Assembly: GCA_900088475.1 (NCBI GenBank)
Contig: FLMG01001143.1
Coordinates: forward strand, 25,156 to 89,155
Source: Hyphochytrium catenoides
Taxonomy: Eukaryota > Protista > Hyphochytriomycota
Length of the DNA stretch: 64,000 nucleotides
Direction of reading: 5' to 3'
Positions 13,285 to 26,760 of this stretch are shown here, one piece after another. Each line of letters starts with the position of its first letter. Positions within the stretch are counted from its first letter, which is position 1. A program made the position numbers and the translations under genes. Below the pieces are notes generated by a model. That model had not been told where the DNA came from. It saw nothing but the letters and a program-made list of their open reading frames with translations, and did no database searches.

Positions 13285-16200
13285 CTATCGCTCATATCCC
13301 GCCCGCTTCGGTCGTGATTTGACGACTGACTCGATTGGCGGCAACAGTACAAACTCATTCTCAGTCCGTGGACTGGTGACGACGTCAGTAGCAGTCTTAG
13401 TCTTCTGCTGCTGTATATTCTTTTTCCGCTGGTGCAATTTACCGAAGGGTTCACGTTTAGCCCCTTGAGGCTGGTCGTCCTCTGGCTGCAACGGACCTCT
13501 TTTGCGTTTGTGCATTTCAGTGTTCTCGATGATCTTCAGGTACCGAAATCGTGTCCTAATCTCGGTGACGATAGACTCCGAGATGGCATCACAGTTGGTG
13601 ATGTTTAGCTCCTTCAGCTCCGCACAGTGACAAGTCAGTGCTTCAATACTCTTGGCGGTGATCTTTCGACACCATGTGAGATTGATGACTTGCAGGGCCA
13701 GACTATCTCTCGCTAAGCTAGTGATACCTTCATCCGTGACCAAGTAGCAGTTTGAGATGTCTAATCTCTCAAGCCAAAGGTTATGACCTATGGCTTTAAT
13801 GGCAGTATCTCCGACATTGCGACAAAGCGCTAGGCCAAGATCCTGGACTTTTCTGCACTCATCTACCAGCTTGATAATTGCAGCCTCTGATATGTTGATG
13901 CACCCGCTAAGATCGAGAGACTGGATAAGTCTGAGCTTCGATTGTATGCAATCGAGTGCAACGTCAGTGATTTGATGGCAATGGGCTAAGCGCAGATGGC
14001 GAATTTTTTCGCCACGGGGTTGCCCATTGTCTGGATGCTCCGTCAGCCAGATAATTCCTTGGTTGCTGATCAGCTCACAGCCGCTTAGATCTAGAAACTC
14101 TAAGTCAACTGCCCTCTTTGATATCGCCGCCACCCCTATCAGTTTGTTCCGAAGTGAGGTACTTTGCCAAGTAAGGGTCTACACGGGACAACAACGCGCT
14201 CGGGTACCTTCGTCATTAATCCGGGTGCAACCTGAGATATCCACAGTCACCAACGCTCGGAGCATGTTGTTATCTGCTGCAGGGCGACCATCTCCGATGG
14301 CATCAAACTGGAAAGTGGTGTTGGTTATCTGAGAGCAGTCACTCATTTTCAAAGTCTTCAAGCTCCAGCAGTTATGAGTAATAGCAATGCCAGCACCTAT
14401 TGTAAAGGTTAGTATTTCCGGGAAGGACTAAGGGTATCGGAAAGTACCATCAGCCAAATGATCGCAGCTGCTAACATCAAGGACCACCAGCTTAGTGCAT
14501 CGTCGAACCAGCCCTATTATGCCCAGATCTGTGATCCTTCGACAGCCCGCCAGATAAAGCTCAGTAAAGAAGGTGCCATCCACCCCTTTGGCTAGAGCGA
14601 GTAAACCTTCACTGGTGATTTGGAGGCAATAGCTCACGTCAAGCTTGACCAGCATTTGGAGCTACAGCCGTCTCACGTTGGTTAAAGTATCATTCAACCA
14701 TGACCTATCAACAAGCCTATACCTGTTCAGCTATGGCCGCCACCGCACGGTCCGTTAAAAGTTCGCAGCCACGTAGGTCAAGGCGTTGAAGCAAGCGGCA
14801 TCTATTCAAGGGAACGGGTAGAATAAGTCGAACGCACTCGAAGATCGAAGAGAATTTCACTGAACATACCTCTGGGCGCAAGACTTCAATCCCGAATCCG
14901 TGAGCGCAGAGCACCAACTTACATTAAGAGTCTGCAGTTGTTGACAGTTTTCTCCAAGATGAGTAAGGAGGCGGTCCCTGACCTCCGTCAGCCCCTCTGC
15001 TGCAAACTCTTCAAGGTTGGGCAAAAAGGCAATCGACCTCATGATGGCGTCCTCCTTCAGTTTCTCACACTTACTTATTCGGATTGACTCAAGATCTCTA
15101 AGATTATCCGCAATAAGCACCAAGTCTTCATCGGCGATATCACAAGAGGAAGACATATCAACAACTTTCCTGGCATCGAACAGCATAATACAGGGGTGAG
15201 CTACGACGAGACGTCTAGATCTGCTACCCTATTGACCCACCGATTTCCATCTGACTCCTGCAGCAGCACCAGTAACGCGACCACCGAGGGTGATGAGATC
15301 TTGGTGAGCCACGACAGGTCCGTGCTGCCATCTCCGAAAAAGGCGGGCTGGTGGCTCAATACATTCTTTATCATTTCAGCGGCCACTTCCATCTATATTG
15401 CAGCGGTAAGAAGGTAAATCCCTAACTACAGTATGCCTCAAAGACGCGATACCTGGAAAGGATCCACCGTATGGAGCAATGAGAATCGACGTATACATTG
15501 TCCTAGTTCCTCAACAGGGAGATGGTCGGCAAACGAAAAGTTCTTTCGTAATGCAACCACTGCACGATAGGCCTGTATATATACCCCCGTGAGGGTGTGG
15601 GGAAAGAAAGACCGAGAGCTAAGTCGATGCCAATATCTCAGATGACAGCCTTTATGCGCATACCTTGCAGCAAAGGTCCGCATAGCGTCGGTCCGCCGGA
15701 AGAGTACGAATTAACTCCGCAATGGCGGCAGGATTTTCAAGCGTGGATAGGACTTGGATCCCTGCCAGCACCTAGTAAGGGATCGCCAACGTCAGGGTTA
15801 ACAACAAGATGCTGCTCTACAGTCTGAAGGCTTAGCACAGTTAGCTCTACCCTTTGCTCGAATATGCTTGGTGTTACATCTCTAGCAGCGTTTTTTAAGG
15901 AGCAGCACAAATTTTCTGCGAAACTCTTCATTGCTTGAGCGTTATCTGACGCCTGGTGCAGAGCGACTGCCATATGTCGGGATGCCTGATCGAGAATTCT
16001 CTCTACAACATTGCACGTGGGCCAGTAAGAGATAGTGATATAACCATTAGCCAGGCGGCAAGAAAAGGAAACAACTACTAAACCCCCAGTTTAAAAACCC
16101 GGTAGGACCTGACGTGGCGCTTCTGCTTTGGGTGCCTGAAATGTAATGAACCCGCACCCGCTCTCCGGGAAGACAGGATAGATACACTGCGACTTGTGCC

Positions 16201-19200
16201 ACCATGCCATCCCAGTGTTTAGTACCGGACCGACTCCCTGACGAAGAGCAGGATCCTCCTATGCGAAGAGGCTTGGCAACCTACGTTGGACAAGTCAAAG
16301 ATGAAGTTATCCTGAAAAAGCTCCAACAATGCACCCTACCATCTCCTCCGCAAGGGCTCTCTCCTCCAAATCCTCTAGAATCCAATCTTCCCGTTGCGCT
16401 TTAGACTTCTTCTCTATAACGTCGGTCTTCGCCATGTACAGCTGCTCGATGTAGTCCACTTTAATTTTTTGGGTTATTTCCTTCTTCGACGGTACCGCTA
16501 TTTCTACATAGCAGATAATCTCAATTCCTGGTATTTACCATGCAACACGAAGCGAAGGAGGCTCATGCAACCTATATTACCTTTATTCTGTAATCGTTTC
16601 ATTTCAAAGGCGTCGAGAGCCTGCCGACTCTGGGTAACAAGGTACCGCGCTCCAGCCTGCAAGACGGAAACAGGCGCAGGCAGCCAGTGGGTAACGAAGA
16701 ATGGCACGTAAAAAGGAAGACATACCTTCGACTCAAAGAAAGCGTCCGATTCCGCCCTTGCCTCGTCTTTTGCAGCGTCTCTAGCTATTGACTCTTTCCT
16801 AGTGAGTTCCTCTTCGTCTTTCACCTATGTCTGCTGGTTACCAAGCTTAACCGGTGCAACATAAAACGAAGTTATTCCTACCCTCTTGCTACGCTTGTTT
16901 TTGACCATAGATATCAGGAGATGCCGGAGCTCCCTAGGACGAATATATGAAAGTTGAAGAACTCATCAGCAACAGAAATGGCTGCAGGATGCTTCATACA
17001 GTGCTAACGGAAAAACGCACCTTTGTTTCTCAAGTCTACCATTGACGTAGAGAAAGACATTCGTGCCATCAAAACTTCCTACCACATGGGTCCAAAGCCC
17101 GGCCTGAGCTTGAGGACCCGTAAGGCGTACCTGAAGACTCCGCTCGCAGACAACGAAACACCAAGTCTCGTCCTTTGTCAATATTATTGAGAACTTTCCC
17201 ATCGCCACGCAGACTCTAACCGTGCCTTTAGCTCCGTTCGGCCTGGCCCAGCACTCCGCGGAGAAATGCTGGTCAGACGTTTCTGGTTTAGCGGCGCAAG
17301 ACGGAGTCAGTCAAATTGCAGGGCTATTTTTGCACGGCTGGCCTTACTTATATGCAGTGGTTCATAGTAGTTAAAGTCCACGCGGCTTTCGGACTCGCGC
17401 TTCATCTCTATGGCGAGATTAAGTTCCTCATTTACGATTGGTCCTTTGCATTCTAAGCCCACCGACTTCTCATATACCCTGCGAAGACAAGAGTATCCTG
17501 TAATTCTCCTCTGCACAGCAAAGACAGGAGGAACAGGGAGATCGAAAGATGAAGGTCATACCCTGTTAGTTGTTCTCCCGCGTCACCCCAGTTCTTGGCA
17601 AAAGCAGCTCCCCGTCTCTCAGTGAACCTCCAGTACCCCACTGGTCGATCCTCCAGCACTAGACGATGGTACAATTGTTCTTGAACAACCTAAATCGCAA
17701 ACGTTATTATGTAAAACGCCTTCTGCCACCAACAATCGCAGGACCTTTGCGGAACTTGTGAGCCACCGTCCTAGTGAAAGCTCCAGCATTGGGGTGTTGC
17801 CTTTAGTCCTGCAAATCAGCCTTTGACGATTGATAAGATCATCCACGGTGAGTTGAAAGCCTGCTGGATTGAGAGAAAGACTGTCAAGGGTGTCTGGCTG
17901 CATCTGAAAGCCCATCATCTCTTGCATCCGCTGCATGATATAAGGCAATCGAGGTATTGAAGTCTGATGTAGATTCCATCTTTCTACCCTTGATATACTG
18001 CAATCTCCAAACCGTGACCTGGTGATAGAAAAGACCTATCAGCTACTTAATACGGCCGAGAGGTACGCCAATTGTTGACTTGACGTGTCATACCGCAGCC
18101 CAAGGAAAACCTCAGTGAACCAGAAGTCATAGTAGCCCGAACATGCTCCCGTCAGCTTGTTGAGTAGGTCCAGTAGGAGACCATATTGAAGATGAGGGGT
18201 GACAACCTTCGTGGTTTTGGCAAGCTCTCGCAACTGGAATCGGATCAGGTTTTTAACAGTCCTCGCAACCATTTCTGCCAGGATCAGCGACCGCAGCTCA
18301 GATGAGTTTTCTTCTTTATCAACCTCTCCTGCGAAGACCTGTGCACGATGTACGTTACCACCGACGGTGCAGCGGCCGACGTAGGAATTATGAACGCAGC
18401 TCACCTCAACGTCTCGACAAGAATCTCCCATGTACGGGCGGTTCAGGTATATTAGTTTGTCTGAAAACTCATCTTTTAAATCGGTGCTCACACGATAGAG
18501 CTCGCCCTTAATTCTCAGCTAAATAAGAAGGAGTACATCTTTAGACAAAGAGAGTGTGAGGACATGGATTGGAGTCACCTGTCGTCCGCGTCCAGTTTCC
18601 TGCGTCAGGTCCTCACTTGTCAGTACTCTACGGTCGCCATACATTAGTGTGACTGTTCCCCGTAACTTGACCCAAAAGCACTTGCGCAGAAGTCCAAGAT
18701 GCCGAATATTGATTCCCCTCCGATGCATTTCCCCTGTCAGGTCCAGTCCAGCTAGTGTAGTGCGGCCAGCCAAGAGCTGGGCAAACGCAGGCACAGTCTC
18801 CTCAAGCAGCCTAGAAGAGCAAGGTATAGTGAGTTCTGGGTGGGGCGAAGCTTGAAACGTTATCGGAGAGGGTCAGGACGTATTACTGTCCTGGTACCTC
18901 CTGGTTGCTTCTGCAACTCTTTCAATATGCTCCTCAGCATCCGGCATGTGAAAGGTGATAAGGTTGTTAGCATCGGACGAGAGCGGTTGATCGTTCTGCT
19001 TTAAATACTCAGGTCTCAGAAACCTCCATAAAATCGACATCCCTCTCTCCACCTTCGGGAGATGGTCGGACACTAGAAAGGGGCAGAGAAGGTAAGCGTT
19101 ATAACGTAAGTTTTCTCTATATGTTTACATACCAAGAGGGTCCTCAGGAGGAAAGGTTCTGGCAAAGTTTGTCAAGAAGAAGGAGCCGTCGTGTCCCAAA

Positions 19201-22200
19201 TAGCCTCGGGTATCACAGGGAGTGTACAGAGTCCGCATCGTCATATCTTTACTACCTATACCAAATAAACCGGTAAGAGGGATTGGCGTAGAGCAAACTA
19301 GACGACGACATACCTTTGACATGGTGCTTTGCAAGGCGTAACTTTTCTGCAACGGCTTCCAACTTCATGTCCAACAGTTTGTTACTATTGACTACCGTCG
19401 CTCCTTTGTCGGAAGTGCCTAGCACCAATTCTAGCTCCGTTTGTTTCAGCTCGCCATTATCTGTGACTCGAGTAGTAACGATGGGCAGTACGGAGCTAGC
19501 ATGCACTCGAAAGCCACAAATGTCGATGGTTGCTTGTAAAGGGACCACGATGTCTGGCAGCCCCAAGGCAATATATGCTGCAGAGCCTCTGATATCACTA
19601 CCGTGAAACTTTGCCGCATATTCATCGGAGCCGTTGAAGACACCGTGATCATCGACGCCGATTTTGAAACGGATATTTGACGCCTAACAGTTGTAACGTT
19701 TTAGACTAACGACCAGGACTAAGTATGAAGCAAACATCGCATTTGAGAAATAGCAACAAACTATCCTCGGGAGAGTCGTAAGAAAGAATACTAGAAGATG
19801 CCTATTTGGCCCCACAATAAATTTATAGCGTCTGCGATTGCGCACTCCATCCTGGCGTCCATCGGTGGGTTTCTCAACGGCCGGTTTGATGGTCTTCATG
19901 TGAATTGGGAGGAAAAGCTCATCGATAATGGTTTCCGCATGTTTCAGTGCGACATCCATAAAATCTTGATAAACAGAATGGAGCTGTTCATACTTCGTAC
20001 GTCCTTCTTCAGCCGTATTCTCAAGAAGAGCCATGGCTGCAGCGTGCCTGCGTTGCAGAGGACCGACTTTAGGTAGAGTATTTTAGCAGAGATTTGATAC
20101 AAGCACTCGCGACCTTTCATGCCAGTTCGTCCTATGTGCCTGTTGCAGATCTAGCTTCTCCGGATTGAAAGTTGGCTCAGACTTTATCAATGCATCTTCG
20201 AGAGCTTGCTCTGCCGCGGAAAAGGCATGTATTGCTATGCTTGTCGCTCTAATGGCCTCCAGCATCGCCCTTTGCTTACGCTCATAGTCATCCTTTTTCG
20301 CAGCAATTTCTCTCGTCGCCTGCCCACAAAATTCGCCATTAGTAGTTCATATTTGCCTGCATGGAAAATAACCAAAGCTCTACCATTTGTGAGCTGCTGG
20401 CACCGGAAATTAAAGCTTTGGCAACCATCCCTCCCTTGCGAAGATTTGCTTTGTTTGTGAGGAAGGACTTCTCTCCCTCCTTCAGGGCCAGGTACTCAAT
20501 GATCTTATCGTGCTGTCTCCTCATATCCTCTGTCCTATTGTGAGAGCGTGTCAAGCTACTGGTAGAAGGTGGGTAGAGCGTGCCAAATAGAGCTTCCACT
20601 AGTAAAATGGGAGGAAAGAACTTTTACCTTGATGCCAAGAGTCCATACTCAAAATCACTATGGTAGATGTTTATGAGCGCTGTGGCCACTTCCCGGGCTC
20701 CTCTTCGTATACGAAAATGGTTCTGCGAATAAGACGTTATCATGATACCAGACTGCTGCACCTTTATGCCACCACGCTTCGTAGTACTCTACCTCAAGGT
20801 CCCACTGCAGGGCCTCCATATCTATAAACCTGCTTCTGCCCTTTCTAAAATTGTTGACATAGTCTAACAACAGGCGTTTCGTGGGTAGCTCAAGCAAGAG
20901 CTGATCCACCTTGTACCGCGACATACTTGCAGAAACGGATTGTAGCCTATAGAAGATGGAGAGGAAATGAGACCATAGAATCAAAGCTGCCCACGACATT
21001 ATCTTTTACACCTTGCCATTAGCATATCCGTCGGTGGCTGGGGATCCCCAAGCTCTTCAGCGGCTTCTAGCTCGTCAGAGGAGAGGCCAATCCGATAAAG
21101 CGAAGATGGGAACTCCCCGGCAATCATCTTCTTTACTCTAGTGCGGGTGAGGTCCTCACGAACCGTGTCCGGGTCCACAAGCTGGTCTTTATACATTGCG
21201 ATAAGACGAGGAATGTCTACTACCCCAAAGTCTTCGTTCTTCCCAGTGCATAGGTCTTGCATCGGTATCACGGTAGGCTCTGGATCCCTGGATTCTTGAA
21301 GTTGCGTTTCTATCCCCAATTTGAACGTCGCTTTAGAGTCTGCCACTGTGTTTGTGGACTCTTGCCCAACAAATCCTTCAGCGAATTCTTTACCCTTGAA
21401 CACTGCGAATCCAGAAAAACTATAGGTCAGTGCCGTGCTGAAGAGTACAAGTATCATCGACATTGTGGTACCAGCTTCTTCCTCTGGGTCGAAACGCTCT
21501 ACTGCTTGCTGAAGAAAAGTGGTCGGTACTTTCGAGGTGACCGCTTGTTCGATCAGGAGTTGGACTTCCTTCGAGACTGATGCCTGGCCTCCAGTTAGGT
21601 GATATCCCTTGTCTTTTTCCATCTCCGCAAAGCGTTGGATGACCTATCATTATCGTGAGGATGTCAAGTGTAAGACGTCAAGGCCTTTTCCTGCTCCTAG
21701 AACGTCAATGATTTTCTCCAAAGTCATATGAACACTTAGGAAAGAAGATAGGATAATAGGTGATAGAGCAAATGAGGTATCGCCTCACCTCTTTAAGTGC
21801 CTCCTGGACTTCCTCCTCTGTCATCAACCTGAAAACGAAGTCCCTGTCCACGGGATGGCCCGCCGCTCGAAGTTTCATTTGTCTCATCCTCACCCTAGCG
21901 TCAAACTTCATTTTGGAAACTCCGGTACCCTAATACATTAGCCTGCGTTGAGTCATTAGGTCACCATCCTTTGGCGCAACCATAAATACCTTGTCTTTCG
22001 CTAGCCAGTCACTTTCAATTTTATCCCGTACTTCTTGTAAAGCTATTGCCTTGGCGTGATAGAATGCAAACTTCCGCCTAATAAATAGAGCCTTCGCCTT
22101 TCCCATGCGCATTCTAGCGGCAGACTGAATCCTGAAGCACTAGTTAATACTGAGTTTGAGAGTTGAGATACAGGAGATTAGTAAGCCCCAACCTTATGGC

Positions 22201-25200
22201 TGCTTGTCGCTCCAAGACGCCGATGCAATACCGCAAGTTTGCTAGATGTCCATGAGACAATGGGATAACATTTGAGAACTTGCTCTTTCCTTTCACAAGG
22301 TATTTGGAGTAGTCTGCCTTTGTTGGGTCGTCAGATCCCATAGCTAAGGCTTTGATGTGACATGCCGTTTTCAGCCCTGGGTTAAGGCAATGTCTATATG
22401 TAAGATAATCTCTGGCTATCCTGTGCTTCAGGTCCGTCAAGCCCAGAACGCCCAGCTCATAGAGATGAACTATCCCCATGTTCTGTCGCTGATACCTGTA
22501 ATAGGAAAGGGTGAGGTAACGCTTGTGCTGGAGTGGCCAGGCAGATGACCCATAACCAGCTCCCAGTTTTGAGGGGCAGGTTGGCATCATATATTCTCAC
22601 AATTCAGGTTGCTTTGCAGACGAGAAAATAGACGTAGTTTGAGTTGCATGCGATGCGAGTCACCTGCTATGATAATCATGCTCCCAGTGAGTATGGAAGA
22701 GCTGACTTAGAGCCTGAGACGCGCCGAGAACATCGGAGGCCCATAGTAAAAAGTCGGCCCAACTCATTGAAAAAGCACAAGCTTCCTGGTCCATAACATC
22801 CTCCTCTGGCGGAGCGCTAGGGTTGCTCCGCCATCTCGGCTCTTCAAGCGCGTATTTGCGAGCTCTCCAAGTAATTCGATCAATCAGGTCGTCCAACTCT
22901 ATTTGACGAACCCGAATTTGCCCAAAGGCAAAGAGCACGATAACCAGCGACCTTAACAACTCGCGGAAGCTGTCGAACGGCAAAACATTTTGCAAGAGCG
23001 GTGCTCTTACTGTTCCCTTCGGGTCTCGCAGGGCTGGAAGCGTTCCGGAAAAGACAGAGTAGAGAAAATAGAGCTTTTGGCGCAATCCATCATCCGCCAG
23101 AGTGGTCAGGGCGACGAGTAGTTCGTCATACTCCACAAAGAAGAACTCCGTTAGCGTAAACCGGCTGGTTAACACCTCGAACAAGGGAAGGAACCGCCCT
23201 TCAAGCTCCTCAATTCTCTTGGATGATACCTATAAGGACCAAGCAACGTGAACCATGGAGGCGGAGATACGACGGGGCCTTATTGCAGATGATCGCGATT
23301 GCTGCATATTTTATATCATTTACCATAAAGCCTTCTACTTCCTCAAAATGGCCCAGCGCTCTTTGAAGAACAGCTTCCTTCGAGCGCACCTTTGACGATG
23401 GTAAGGGTAAGGGGTCAACAAACAAGAAACCCTTGAGTTAGTAAAAGAAGGCTTACCTCTGCTTCGACTGTAAGAAGTTGTGAGCGAAATTGGGCTTCCT
23501 TGCCTTTAGAACTCTTCAGTACAGCTTGCTGTAGCTTCTCTGCTTCCTCCTGCAAAGACATTTCGTGTGAAGAACAAGGTTTTCCAACAAGACCGTTGGA
23601 TTTTCGGATATGTGAAGTATAACTCACAAGTTCTCTTTTCGCTTTCTGAACCGCTGAGGTGATGTCTTCTAAACGGTCGGTAGCCATATGGACAAGCCAT
23701 CGACCCTTCGGATAGTCTCCGGCCAGCATCTGGCTGATTCGGTGCCTCAAATTAAGGCGTTCGGCAACAACCTTGTGCACCTGTTGAAAAAAATAAGGTG
23801 CCAGAAGCAATTATAATATTAGGCTATCGCCTCTCACCTCCTCCTCTGCCATTCGGATCTTTTCCGCGCATTGCTTCTTTTCCTCTCTTTCTCTTGCCAG
23901 TAAAGCCGACTCTTTCGTCCGGCATTCATAAAAGAACATGTCCTCTGGAGGCAAGGTCTTCTCTGCATTCCTACGGCGGCGTACGCGGTAGCAAGTAAGT
24001 TTGATTGGCAGAGCACCTCAGTATGAGTGAAGACGGTGGTCAATGTGCGTTGTCTACAAAAATAGGGGTTTCCTGTCACTCACTCTTTTTGTCTCAGCAG
24101 AACCGTTCGCTCCTTCTCCAGACTTTTCATCACGCTTATCTCCTTATTTTGAAGGTTCTTCACCGTTTCGTTCAGTTCAGATATTTTGATATCAAGCGAC
24201 GTCTCGCTGGCCTTGATCTGACCCTCCTCTATGGCTTTAGCTAGATCCTCGGCCTTGTCTTGATCCTTAGCATATCTTTTGCGGACCTCTTCTGTACGTT
24301 CTATTCTGTAGCCGAAGAATACGGGCGATAGCAGGGATGGGTCAAATTCCGCGGGCAGGGTCCTCTTCTGGATTCGCGGCTCCTTTAGGCTGTTCTTCTG
24401 GCCCTGAATGGGGTCATCCCCTAATGTACAAGGGCAAAGGGCAGTGTTACTGGTCGAGGAAGGGAAAGACAATGGTCTTCAGGCGGTCGATATATGGAGT
24501 CAGGTCGGTCAAGTCCTTGTGTACCGCACGGTGTCTTACCACTTTCCTTCGTCAAATTATTGGCGTCACTCTTTGATCCGCTTCCTCTGCCATTGTTATC
24601 TTGACTGGCCTGAACCTCAATTATAGTAGCCGAGCCTTCATCAGGTTCTTGCTCCTCAACCTCGGAATCTGAGTCGCTCTCACTGTCGTCAGTGTAGCCG
24701 TCAAATTCATACTTTTGCTTTGGAGGGAGGACAATGTCTCCCTACACCGAGCACGGGACAAAGTTTAGCTATCTCCATTTGGAGCAATCTATGCCCTATA
24801 ATCTATAATGACTCCCAACTCTTCCATTTGCTCGATATGCTTCACTATTTGACACCCATGTGCCTATTCCTCGTCCCCTGTCCGCATGGGGTCTCCACGG
24901 CCTTTAGCCATGTTGTGAGGATGGCAAATGTACCGTATTTTGCCCTCGCCAGTGGGAAAAAGGAGACACAACGCCGTCTCTCCACCTCCTGACCGGTCAA
25001 GCATAAGCTTGTCGCCCGGTCCTGAGGGTTAGCCTTCGTCGACATCTTTCTCCTCATTTTGAAGCCCATCTAACTTCTTCCTTACCTTCCGGTACTCTGC
25101 AAGCTTCTCATAGAGCTTCTCATCCGTTGTAAGGTGATAACCAAGCGCGGCAGGGTGGACCGATTCGAATCTCTGCTCTCTCTCTCTATCCAAACTCAGC

Positions 25201-25920
25201 TGCATAATTCTGCGCGCTGCCTGGAAGTATAACCCCCAGGTGACCCGCCTGTCCTTCTCAAGAAGTATCAGGCGCTTCTCAAGAAGCTCCCTTTGCCCTA
25301 GGGATTGTTTAGAACATGAGTACGTGAGGTTCAGGTAATTGAGTTTCTTCTTACCGTTACTCGCCTCTGACGTGTCGGTAAACGAGGTCAGGTTGGCAAG
25401 GGCAAGCTTAGTCTCTCTAATTTTCTCTTCCTGCATTGAGCGTATCTGCCTCATGCATTCCGTTACTTCCAAGATCGTCCAACCACGGAACTCTTGAAAG
25501 AGCTGCTGGAAGGAGTTTAGCTTCTTCTCTTACAGCTCCTTGACGTATAAGCTAATACATGCCTTACCTTGCCCTCAAGGAAGCCCTTGCGGATATGAGG
25601 GTGGACCACATGGTCCATCCCCGCGGGTTCGGAAAACCCGATACCCATAGAGAGGCGGTGGTGCTCAACAGGCGTTGGACATTAGCTTCAACCTACGTTT
25701 GGAAATTAAGGTGCGTTCTCTTTCTTTCGCTTGCCTAGCGTAGGTGAAGAGATGCTTCTATCCATCTCCCCACATACCATTTGCCCTTCCTCATTTTCCT
25801 GGGCATACTCCTCTCCACGGATCTGTGGGAGGCTCGGTCTAAGTAGACCATCGAGATGCCATTCCCCAATGGGGTCAATCAAAGCGGTCGATATCCTGCC
25901 GCGCCTGCTGCGCTAGCATT
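13285..25920 (-). CDS. Giant multidomain protein: coiled coils, EF-hand-like region, IQ motif, Clu domain, LamG/ConA-like domain, C-terminal Cys-containing LRRs
   Basis: Continuous chain of minus-strand exons: EF-like DDGLRQKLYFLYSVF (~23050); IQ AAIRIQSAARMRMGK (~22120); Clu-like VPLQATIDICGFRVHASSVLP, GYLGHDGSFFLTNFARTFPPE, LTGEMHRRGINIRHLGLLR, LILAEMVARTVKN (18000-19800); LamG PVGYWRF, WTHVVGSFDGTNVFLYVNG; LRRs LxxLDLSGCxxIT (13500-15250). The 5' start is unresolved (may extend to ~26350), and the region could be two genes. Confidence 0.7.
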
Positions 25921-26760
25921 ATATCTGGCTAACTTGGCTATCGAACCTAGGACGCGATAAAGTGCCAAGAGAAGCTTCAATCTTCAACCGAGGACTCCCG
26001 ATGAAGCGTCATAAAAGGGGAATGTTTCCTATCAACCTTTCCATGAGGAAAACATTCCCTCTTCCTAAAGATATGTGTATTACCTGTAATTTCACAAATC
26101 TTCCTTCGGAAATCTTTCCGCCGGGTGTCCTTTCATATCTCACATCATCAAATTTGTTGATTGGAATACCTTGATCAGTGCCATCAGCTCATCATTCATC
26201 AACGCCTGCCTGGACTGCAAACTGTTGGCAGATAACTAGAGGGAGATCCTTGCTGAGCAGCGCGTCTGCATTGGTAGGGCATGACTAAGTAAAGGATGAG
26301 GGCCTAACCAAGAGTCAGACGAGCTAGAACCACGCTGCCTGCTGCTCATTTTAATGGTGGTGAGTGATTGAGGGGCACCGCAACTTAAGATTCTTGGTCT
26401 TATAGTGCACCTAGTATCCGGCCTCTATGGGATCTTTAGGAAGCATCCTTCTGAAATTTATATCGCCCACAGGATGAGATTCACTTTGTTAAAGATCAAC
26501 CTGGTTTGAGGATGGTACGTGAGCAGTGCTTAGGTGTGTTCTTGCCAATAGAGTTGTCACTTGATTAACATCTGGTATATAATACGAGAACATGGGATGC
26601 TTGGGTCGGGGTCCACGAGCTGTCGGCTAGTTGCTATTGGGATCGCTTATTTAGGAAAGCTAGATCATTTGTTTGATTGCTGGGGTGCTACCCAATTTCT
26701 ATCGCTGGATGGAAGTATGAATCAGTATATCGACAGTTGAGCCTATCAGCCAACAGTGCC

